A stretch of 33,363 nucleotides of DNA from Candidatus Thorarchaeota archaeon (GTDB taxonomy: Archaea; Asgardarchaeota; Thorarchaeia; Thorarchaeales; Thorarchaeaceae). The notes beneath the pieces are model-generated. The model was not told the DNA's origin and searched no databases. It saw only the letters and a list, made by a program, of their open reading frames with translations. Each line of letters starts with the position of its first letter. The stretch's first letter is position 1. This document shows positions 8,909 to 16,652 of this stretch, one piece after another. The translations under genes were made by a program, and so were the position numbers. The DNA lies in the NCBI GenBank assembly GCA_048882045.1, contig JBHLRZ010000005.1, positions 119,273 to 152,635 on the forward strand, written 5' to 3'.

Positions 8909-9473
8909 GACATTCAGCAGTATGGGAAGACAACGACCTCATAGAACAAGACTCAGCCCTGTTCAAATCTTGATTCTCGCCATTCTGAAGCAAGGTCCAG
9001 CACATGGATACGTTATACTCCAGAAGCTGGAAGACGAGCTAGAAGGAAGGAAGATCAAGAGTGGAACTGTCTATCCAGCACTCCATAGACTATTGGAGAA
9101 GCAACTCATTACTGGAAAGAACATTCAGCAGGTTGATGGACCCAATACTGTCGAGTATCAGTTGACACAACAAGGACGCAAGATTCTCTCTGGTGAACTC
9201 AAGAATCTGGATTCACAGTGGAGTATGCAACAGAGAATCTGGAGGTTCTTGGGAGAAACAGCTGGTGAAAAGGCGGCTGCGCCTCTATTGGACTGGACTG
9301 TCCGTGAACGTAGCCCGATTGGATTTGCAGCCATGAAACACCGTTGTCAGTGTGGAGGTACTTGTAATGAAAGACACATCGAGTTCCTAAAACAGTATCG
9401 TTCGTACCTCAAACAGGAGCTTGATTGGGTCAGTCGTCGACTAGATGAGATGAAGAGCTCTAACGAAGACTAA
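8907..9473 (+). CDS. PadR family regulator with a C-terminal Cys/His motif and coiled coil
   Basis: ILAILKQGPAHGYVI...SGTVYPALHRL...YQLT..G; tail HRCQCGGTCNERHIEFLKQYRSYLKQELDWVSRRLDEMK. Confidence 0.92.
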   Translation: MTFSSMGRQRPHRTRLSPVQILILAILKQGPAHGYVILQKLEDELEGRKIKSGTVYPALHRLLEKQLITGKNIQQVDGPNTVEYQLTQQGRKILSGELKNLDSQWSMQQRIWRFLGETAGEKAAAPLLDWTVRERSPIGFAAMKHRCQCGGTCNERHIEFLKQYRSYLKQELDWVSRRLDEMKSSNED

Positions 9474-9491
9474 GGAGGTGAACAGCTAGAG

Positions 9492-9701
9492 ATGTGTGAT
9501 GAACACAGAGGTCATGGATACGGTTATCCTTTCATGAGCCCGTTCTCTCGTTGCATGTGCGGTTGTCATGAACAGGATGGCGTAAGCAATGAGACTAGGG
9601 TGAAATACCTGGAAGCAATGAAAGCCAACCTGGAGGACCGTATCAAGCACATCGACGATAGGATCGATGAGATACAGAAGGGTGATGCTCAGAAAGCTTA
9701 G
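9492..9701 (+). CDS. Small Cys/His-rich coiled-coil protein (DUF5320-like)
   Basis: Strong GGAGGTGA RBS at 9474-9481; CMCGCH followed by YLEAMKANLEDRIKHIDDRIDEI. Confidence 0.75.
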   Translation: MCDEHRGHGYGYPFMSPFSRCMCGCHEQDGVSNETRVKYLEAMKANLEDRIKHIDDRIDEIQKGDAQKA

Positions 9702-9883
9702 CCCTCTTATACTATTCATGCGACGTCGCTACTCTTTCTTAACAAGACCTAGTTCATCGTCCAAAGACAGTCAGTTCTCGTAGACATCAGTGTTGTCGGT
9801 TGTGCGTGTTCATTGCACAAACGTTTTAAATCAAAAATATGAATAAGATTCCGCTTCGACTTAGATTATAGAGGACATCATCT

Positions 9884-10456
9884 ATGGAACCAGAGAAACT
9901 TGCGATAGTTGGAGTTGTATTGGTTACAGTGACTGTAGGTCTCTTTATAGGAGCGTCATTTCTGACATTCCCAGCCGCAGATAATGGTGGAGATGAACCC
10001 ACACTAACAAAATACACAACAGATCGAGACCTGGCTGAGCTGGAACTTTCCGTTCCTTCCAGTTGGTCGTTCGAAATGTCTGATGGATCAACTTTGGATT
10101 TGAGTGCTCTGCGAGGACAGGTGGTTGTTGTCGATCTGATGGCAACATGGTGCCCAAGTTGTGCTACTCAGAATACGTATCTCGCAGAGATAAATGACAA
10201 CCTAGTTGGAACTGCTATTGTGATATCTCTGACTGTTGACGACAGTGAAACAGCTGCTATGATGGCTGACTACAAATCAACAAAGGCACTGGATTGGCCT
10301 CACGGGGTTGATACAGGCAGTTCATTTGAGAACTATTTCAATGTTCGAAACATACCCACCTTAGTACTCATAGATGCGGATGGTGTATTCCGATATTTGC
10401 ATGTCGGAACCTGGAGTTCAGCCGCAATGACTGATACTATCGCTTCAATTATCTAG
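9884..10456 (+). CDS. Membrane-anchored TlpA/ResA-like thiol:disulfide oxidoreductase
   Basis: N-terminal TM; LRGQVVVVDLMATWCPSC; cis-Pro loop NIPTLVLIDADG. Confidence 0.9.
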   Translation: MEPEKLAIVGVVLVTVTVGLFIGASFLTFPAADNGGDEPTLTKYTTDRDLAELELSVPSSWSFEMSDGSTLDLSALRGQVVVVDLMATWCPSCATQNTYLAEINDNLVGTAIVISLTVDDSETAAMMADYKSTKALDWPHGVDTGSSFENYFNVRNIPTLVLIDADGVFRYLHVGTWSSAAMTDTIASII

Positions 10457-10471
10457 TAGGAGCTGTGTGGG

Positions 10472-11188
10472 GTGCAGGGACTAGTAGAGATAGGTCTACT
10501 CTTGGCTAAGCTAGCGGGGGTTTTCGGATCAGGTCTCTACTTAGCCATGTCACCATGTCTATTTCCTCTACTTCCACTATTCCTGTTGAATAGTTTGAAA
10601 TCAGAGGACGATCGCAAACGAAGTGTTATTGTCACGAGTGTACTTGTTTTAGGAATACTAGGTTCACTTGCTATCTATTTCTCTATTGCTTTGTTTATCA
10701 GTTCCTTCCTGTTCAATTATTACCTTGAAATCCTTGCAATATTGAGTTTGATAATCATCTTTCTAGGGATTGTCACATTATCTACAACTCTGAAGACGAA
10801 ACTTGGAATTTCGAGTCTGAATCTTAGTTCACAGCCCGAAGCACCATCCAATCTCCTTGGTGTCTTCCTTGTTGGCTTTGGATACTCCATGCTCGCAGCT
10901 CCATGTTCCGGCTCGGTCATACTTGGTGTTATAGGAGTCATTGGCCTTGAAACTAATGTTCTAACATTAATCCTGATGTTCATTGCCCTAGCTATCGCAG
11001 TTGCGATTCCATACTTCACAATAGCAGTAGTGACTGGCGAAGCGAGAGTGAGAATGGCATTCTCACTAAGTCAACATGCCAGAAAGGTCGAGATATTAGC
11101 AGGACTGATTCTAATCGTGTTGGGTGTATTCCTTTTTGCGCAAACGCGTTGGTTTGAGTTCATCTTTGGATTTAGAATCTATGTCTAA
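10472..11188 (+). CDS. ccdA: CcdA/DsbD-family transmembrane electron transporter
   Basis: SPCLFPLLP and AAPCSG Cys motifs, about 6 TM, adjacent to TlpA. Confidence 0.88.
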   Translation: MQGLVEIGLLLAKLAGVFGSGLYLAMSPCLFPLLPLFLLNSLKSEDDRKRSVIVTSVLVLGILGSLAIYFSIALFISSFLFNYYLEILAILSLIIIFLGIVTLSTTLKTKLGISSLNLSSQPEAPSNLLGVFLVGFGYSMLAAPCSGSVILGVIGVIGLETNVLTLILMFIALAIAVAIPYFTIAVVTGEARVRMAFSLSQHARKVEILAGLILIVLGVFLFAQTRWFEFIFGFRIYV

Positions 11189-11234
11189 AACTCTCTGTGC
11201 AAAGATGTAAAACTGAGTTTACTAAACGAAGCTC

Positions 11235-13082
11235 ATGCCCTCGCGCAGTTCGATTGATCTTGATGCTTTGATGACACTCCCCAGAATTTCTTTTGTCAAT
11301 GTGTCACCGAACAAGAGGTATGCTGCAATCATGGTGAATAGACTGCAAGAGAATTATGATGTCTTTCTAAAAACCACCTATAGCCCCGGGGATTTGGTGC
11401 CACTCACGAAGACTCCTGAGGTGACAATTATCTACGATTGGGCTCCTGATTCAAAATCAGTCCTTGTCGGAGAGGATATAGCTCGTAATGAACGCATAAC
11501 ACTCTATCGAGTCTACTTGGATAGCCCTCTTGAGATGAATCCAGTCACGCAACTAGAACCTAACTATTATCTCCGCGATGGTCAGTTTGGACCACGGGGA
11601 AACTACATCACATACGCAATGAACTATGATATCGACACAAAACGTGAAACCGAAACATTTCGCATCGTAGTTCATTACCTAGATTCGAATGACCGAGTTG
11701 TTGTTGCAAGACCTGATAAACCCACGTATCCAGAATTGGAAGTGGATCCGCTCAATCGATACATTCTGTATAAGAGGGCTGATGAGGATCCTTCTGGATC
11801 CCAGTGGTGGATTGTTTCTCTTGATGGCAATGAGGACAGGGAGGTTCTCAATTTCGGACCTAAGGCTAAGGTAAATGCTCAATGGACATATGATAGCAAG
11901 ATTCTCTTCGACACTGATACCTACGAAGGTGAGAAGACAGACCATGTGAGTGTCGGACTGTTAGACATTAACTCTGGAAACATAGACTGGTTGTCAATGC
12001 CAAATAATGGAGCAAAATACAGTTATTCGAGTGTTCCAGATCATTCACATCATATCATTGTGGGGGAGACTGTTGAAGCTAGAAGAAGACCATATATCTA
12101 TGACCTCAAGACTGACATATTACATAGTGCTGTAGCCACCTCTGGAAACCTCTCGCCCATAACGAACCTCGAAAATGATGAATGGATTGGTCTATTCTAC
12201 AGTTCGACTTGTCCGCATAACCTTGTGAGGTTCCAGCTCGGTGATAATGAACCTGAAACCTTCACCTTCCTGACAGATATGCTGGGTCATACTAGTATCA
12301 AAGAGGACGACCTGACACCTGCTGAGGATTTCAGGTGGATTTCAGCTGATAATACAATGATACATGGTTGGCTCTATCAACCTGCAAAACCAAATGGCAG
12401 GACAATCGTCTATATACATGGTGGCCCCACTGCTCATTCTGAGGATTCACTTGATATACAGGTCCAGTACTTCTGTTCAATGGGATACACCATTCTTGAT
12501 CCAAACTATCGGGGCTCTACTGGTTACGGAGTGATATTCCGCGATTTGATCAAGAAGGACGGTTGGGGTGGTCTTGACAAAGAGGATGTTCGAACAGGAA
12601 TCGAGACGCTTATTGAAAAGGGATTTTCAATACCTCACAAGATTGGAATCTATGGAACCAGCTATGGGGGATACATGAGTTGGAATGCTATAACTCACTT
12701 CCCAACGAAGGTTGTGGCGGCTGCTGCACCAATCTGTGGCATGACTGACTTGGTAGTCGACTATGAAACCACTAGACCTGATCTAAGACCATACTCGGAG
12801 GAGATGATGGGTGGATCTCCTACTGAAGTTCCTGAAAAGTATCAGGAGAGGTCTCCAATCAATTACGTACAGAATATCAAAGGGAAACTTCTCATTGTGC
12901 AAGGATTGAGAGACCCCAACGTAACGAAAGCCAATGTTGCTGAAGTGGAGAAGATTCTGGAGAAAAACAAGATATCGTACGAAAAGCTTGTATTTGATGA
13001 TGAAGGCCACGGAATACTTCGTGAAAAGAATGTAAAGATTCTACTTCAAAGATTAGCTGAATTCTTTGATTCATCACTATGA
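11235..13082 (+). CDS. S9 family (prolyl oligopeptidase / acylaminoacyl) peptidase
   Basis: N-terminal beta-propeller; HGGP, NYRGSTGYG, GTSYGG (Ser), DPNV (Asp), DEGHG (His). Confidence 0.95.
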   Translation: MPSRSSIDLDALMTLPRISFVNVSPNKRYAAIMVNRLQENYDVFLKTTYSPGDLVPLTKTPEVTIIYDWAPDSKSVLVGEDIARNERITLYRVYLDSPLEMNPVTQLEPNYYLRDGQFGPRGNYITYAMNYDIDTKRETETFRIVVHYLDSNDRVVVARPDKPTYPELEVDPLNRYILYKRADEDPSGSQWWIVSLDGNEDREVLNFGPKAKVNAQWTYDSKILFDTDTYEGEKTDHVSVGLLDINSGNIDWLSMPNNGAKYSYSSVPDHSHHIIVGETVEARRRPYIYDLKTDILHSAVATSGNLSPITNLENDEWIGLFYSSTCPHNLVRFQLGDNEPETFTFLTDMLGHTSIKEDDLTPAEDFRWISADNTMIHGWLYQPAKPNGRTIVYIHGGPTAHSEDSLDIQVQYFCSMGYTILDPNYRGSTGYGVIFRDLIKKDGWGGLDKEDVRTGIETLIEKGFSIPHKIGIYGTSYGGYMSWNAITHFPTKVVAAAAPICGMTDLVVDYETTRPDLRPYSEEMMGGSPTEVPEKYQERSPINYVQNIKGKLLIVQGLRDPNVTKANVAEVEKILEKNKISYEKLVFDDEGHGILREKNVKILLQRLAEFFDSSL

Positions 13083-13832
13083 AAAGAGGTCCTCGGATTC
13101 TTTTCGGAGGATATCTGAAGCTTTTCCGTCACCAGCTTTGAATTCGATGCCCCGTACGAGCACAACAGGAATTCCTTCATTCGCTTGGCCCATGACAAGT
13201 TCTGCTGCTGCTGCAATCTGATCTGCAAGACAAACAAGAGACCCCTTCAGCTCGCGTTCGTATAGGTCCTCTTTTCCTTTGTTGACAACAAAGGGGGACA
13301 TACCTGCAACACCAATAGCAAGGTTCACTGCGCCTTTCCTCCAAGGTCGCCCTTGAGTGTCTGTTACGATGACTGGTACGTTAAAACCCAATTGCTCTGA
13401 TATTGCTTCATGAATCTTATGAGCTGAACTGTCTGGGTCATTTGGTAAAGCCAGGATAGTGTCTAGAGGGGCGTTACTTTCATCGACTCCAGAGAAGTCA
13501 GTTATTATCCTATGTTTTGTCTTTGTGATGAGAATTGGTTTGTCCTTAATTATTGAGACTGATTCTCGAAGTGCCGCTTCAACACGTTTTGGGTCTTCAC
13601 CTGCCTTTTTAGAAATCTGTCTTGCTTTCTCAGATATTTCCAAGCTTGCCAGCTCGTATAGAGAACCTTCTGCAACGGAGATAATTGAATGAGTGATTAC
13701 AAGAATATCTCCTTCAATGAGGTGGACATCATTTTCATGGATAGAAGATAGAGTGAGTTGAGCTATATCGTCACCTACACTAACTGTAGGAAATCTCTTG
13801 ATAGGAATGAGTTCAATTGTTTGTCCTGTCAT
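13077..13832 (-). CDS. cofE: Coenzyme F420-0:L-glutamate ligase
   Basis: GDILVI.H.I.S.AEG, GVDESN, LP.DPD.SA, VIVTDTQGRPWRKG, ADQIAAAAELVMGQANEGIPVVLVRG; single-domain archaeal length. Confidence 0.95.
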   Translation of the reverse strand: MTGQTIELIPIKRFPTVSVGDDIAQLTLSSIHENDVHLIEGDILVITHSIISVAEGSLYELASLEISEKARQISKKAGEDPKRVEAALRESVSIIKDKPILITKTKHRIITDFSGVDESNAPLDTILALPNDPDSSAHKIHEAISEQLGFNVPVIVTDTQGRPWRKGAVNLAIGVAGMSPFVVNKGKEDLYERELKGSLVCLADQIAAAAELVMGQANEGIPVVLVRGIEFKAGDGKASDILRKESEDLFS

Positions 13833-13846
13833 GCTCTTCCCTTGTG

Positions 13847-14479
13847 CTAAGCATCCTCAATCTCTTCTTCTGGAAGCTCCCTAATAGTCTTTGAGGGCTC
13901 ATAAAACTCTCCAAGACCTGCACTGATTTTCAGGTTCTTTGGGATGAGGTCATAGAGGATGAGTCCTCCAATGATGTTTATTGCAGCTTGGACAACATTC
14001 CACGGAACGATTAGCGCTGATGCAATGACAGCACCATTGACATCATAGAGGAACGGGAGTAGTGCAGGCAGTAGTACAATATTCATGAAGTACATACCCA
14101 CCGACCTAAGAACTGTTCCGCTGACCAAATAGACAGACATTCTGACAGGTTTTGATACATCTCTGTGTCTTAATAACCAATAACCAAGAACCATCCCGAC
14201 GATTGTGAACATCTCTGCAAAGCCTTTGAAAACTGCACCAATCGGATTTCTGTAGGCGATTGCGATGAACATCACTATCATCGATACAATCGATGCAGCC
14301 CAACCCAAGCCTATGTAGATCAAGACCAATGGAATTCCAGTCCAGTCGATTGTGAATCTTGGAGCTGGCATGACTAGAATGTCCGTTACTCCAAGCACAG
14401 GAAAAACCTCGAGTGCAACTATGATAGATGTAAATATTGCAAGTATCGCTATGCTCTTTGAATCCGTTCTCATCTGCAT
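13847..14479 (-). CDS. ECF transporter S-component (RibU/PanT-like)
   Basis: About 6 TM; IA.LAIF..I...L; P.P.FTIDWTGIP resembles the RibU loop; C-terminal IVPWNVVQAAIN. Confidence 0.8.
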   Translation of the reverse strand: MQMRTDSKSIAILAIFTSIIVALEVFPVLGVTDILVMPAPRFTIDWTGIPLVLIYIGLGWAASIVSMIVMFIAIAYRNPIGAVFKGFAEMFTIVGMVLGYWLLRHRDVSKPVRMSVYLVSGTVLRSVGMYFMNIVLLPALLPFLYDVNGAVIASALIVPWNVVQAAINIIGGLILYDLIPKNLKISAGLGEFYEPSKTIRELPEEEIEDA

Positions 14480-14632
14480 GGATAACTAGGTCTCCTCTTA
14501 ACACCTCACAAAGAAAGAAGGGTTGGTTTCGCGCTGTGCAAAACCTCGTTAAAAGGTGATTGCATATGCTTGGTTGTATATATTCAGAGAGTATATATCC
14601 TACATTTTCGATTATTTATATTTGGGATTCGT

Positions 14633-16312
14633 ATGATGGGTAGTCAGAGAGCAACTTGTACCGTAATCTTTGTTATACTCGTAATGGTTGGATTGACTCC
14701 ATCACATGTTCCAGTAAAAATCGAAACTATACAAGCGCCTGAGAGTATGGGGTATCTAGCTGAAGATTCACCGATAATTGTATTCGATTATTCTCACGGT
14801 CAGTTTTCTTCGACAGTAGAACCTCTTGACCTCCTTCTCGAAACAGAACTCGAGAATCTGGGTTATACGGTTGTCTGGGCTTGGGGCGGAATTAACTCAG
14901 CAATTCTGAGTAATGCCACTGGTCTTGTAATCGGTTCAATTTGGGAAGAGTCCAATGCATTTCTGCCTGAAGAAATTCTGGCTATTCAGGCATGGTTCCT
15001 ATCAGGTAGTAAGTTTCTTTGGGTGGGGACTGACGATGATTTCTCTGGTCATACCTACATCAATGATAACATGAATCTGATTTTACAGGGCATTGGCTCC
15101 CATGTCTATCCAGAACCAGTGGGGGTTGGTGACCCGATTATGAACTGCAATGCATCATATCGTGTAATTGCAAATGGGACGAGCGAGAACGAATTTGTTG
15201 CTCCAATCGTTGCAAATGTGTCAGGTGTTTTGATGCATAGCCCAACGATGCTCTATGGGAGTGAAAGTCCAACGAATCCTGGTGTTGGTGTGTCTCCTGT
15301 ACCTCTGGAAGATGTTACTATCGATAATGTCTTTCCGCTCCTTTACTACAGTCAATATGCAACTTGCCTTGATCAGGATATAGTTCCCCCATTTGCTCAT
15401 GAAAATGGTGATTCGGGCGAATTTGTGTGCGCAACACTTGAAACAAATCTTGGATTCACGAATAACTGTGTCGCGATTGTTTCCGGGGCGAATCCATATG
15501 GGAGATACCAACCTATGTTCACATCAGACTATTATGGTAAAAGTCTGGAGGGAGATCTCTTTGTCAAACAGGCTATTAATTTCGGAATGTCATTGGCCAG
15601 TCAACTATCAATTATGAGTCCTCCCGATATCATATACGAAGAAGGAGCAGTTGGATATTACATTGCCTGGCAAGCATTCGACTCGAATCCAAAGTTGTAC
15701 AATATTACTTCGGATCATACGCTCATTAGAGAGGGGGCTTGGAATAGTTCATCCGAGATTTTCATCCTTTCTGTCGATGGACTGAGTCAAGGTGCCTACA
15801 ATTTCACACTGACTGTGGAAAATGAAGCTAATGTCACGCTATCGGACGCAGTGTTAGTAACAGTCGTAGAACAGCACCCGCCTGAGATTAACCATCCGGA
15901 GGACATGAATATCTTTGTTGGTGATGATATCAGTCAGATCATGTGGAACTTTTATGATCAGAGTTTACTATACTATAACATCTCTCTTAACAGTGAGGTG
16001 ATTTTGACTGAGTTTTTGTTTTCAGCCCAATTCAAAAGAGTCATCATTAATCTCGCTGACCTTCCTGTGGGAGTCCATAATTATACCATACATGTTATAG
16101 ATAGAGCGTTTCTTGATGTGACTGATACTGTGTTTGTTGAAGTTCTTGATTTGCCTATTTCTACCACTACAACAACTACAGCAACGACAACCGCTACTAA
16201 TACGACTTCTGACGGGGGGTATGATATTATCGGAACAATGACGTTCATAATCTCAGTAGGTTCTTCGATCGTTATCATCGTCATTGCGATTATCATAATC
16301 AGAAGACGGTAG
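14633..16312 (+). CDS. Secreted surface protein: GldG/DUF4350 (GATase-like)-type N-domain, two Ig-like repeats, Thr linker, TM anchor
   Basis: Signal peptide; IIVFDYSHGQ, F.PEEI.AI..WF..G.KFLWVGTDDD; Ig repeats P.I..P.D......I.W...D; poly-Thr; TM + RRR. Likely start ATG 14633. Confidence 0.72.
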   Translation: MMGSQRATCTVIFVILVMVGLTPSHVPVKIETIQAPESMGYLAEDSPIIVFDYSHGQFSSTVEPLDLLLETELENLGYTVVWAWGGINSAILSNATGLVIGSIWEESNAFLPEEILAIQAWFLSGSKFLWVGTDDDFSGHTYINDNMNLILQGIGSHVYPEPVGVGDPIMNCNASYRVIANGTSENEFVAPIVANVSGVLMHSPTMLYGSESPTNPGVGVSPVPLEDVTIDNVFPLLYYSQYATCLDQDIVPPFAHENGDSGEFVCATLETNLGFTNNCVAIVSGANPYGRYQPMFTSDYYGKSLEGDLFVKQAINFGMSLASQLSIMSPPDIIYEEGAVGYYIAWQAFDSNPKLYNITSDHTLIREGAWNSSSEIFILSVDGLSQGAYNFTLTVENEANVTLSDAVLVTVVEQHPPEINHPEDMNIFVGDDISQIMWNFYDQSLLYYNISLNSEVILTEFLFSAQFKRVIINLADLPVGVHNYTIHVIDRAFLDVTDTVFVEVLDLPISTTTTTTATTTATNTTSDGGYDIIGTMTFIISVGSSIVIIVIAIIIIRRR

Positions 16313-16340
16313 TTATTCAACGTGTAGAGAACAAAGAAGT

Positions 16341-16366
16341 AATCCCCGGTGATTAGACCGGGGATT
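16341..16366. terminator. Hairpin downstream of the surface-protein gene
   Basis: AATCCCCGGT-gattag-ACCGGGGATT, a perfect 10-bp stem starting 29 nt after the stop. Confidence 0.55.
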
Positions 16367-16652
16367 TGTGAATCACAGCAAACTAGTGCTCATGATGTAC
16401 TTGTTCGGTATGCATCTTCATCTCTTGTTGAGAGTTGAATTTCTTTCCGCACATCTTACATTCAAATTGATTTGTCTGATTTTCCATAGTAATCATGTTA
16501 ACTATAGTTTATATGTTATTAACTTTTCTATAAAACCTAATAACTTCATAAGTACCTTTATACAGTCTATTTTTCGAAAAATCAGAAAGTGTATGAACGA
16601 AATGAGTTCATAACAGAAAGTATGATAGAATATTCTGAGGTGAGGATGTGCC

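Noticed and set aside
9486-9719. 77-aa minus-strand ORF
   Set aside because: Antisense shadow of the 69-aa gene, which has a strong RBS and a recognisable motif.
14480-14632. Riboswitch (e.g. FMN) upstream of the ECF S-component
   Set aside because: No recognisable FMN-riboswitch conserved segments, and little space in a divergent promoter region; an Infernal scan would settle it.
16341-16366. Hairpins (here and at 18974-19004) as MITE ends or SECIS elements
   Set aside because: The two hairpins are unrelated in sequence, with no target-site duplication or transposase and no evident in-frame UGA gene; their position just after stop codons fits terminators.
16368-16613. 81-aa ORF in the intergenic gap
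   Set aside because: AT-rich, no RBS, no protein-like motif; better explained as regulatory DNA.
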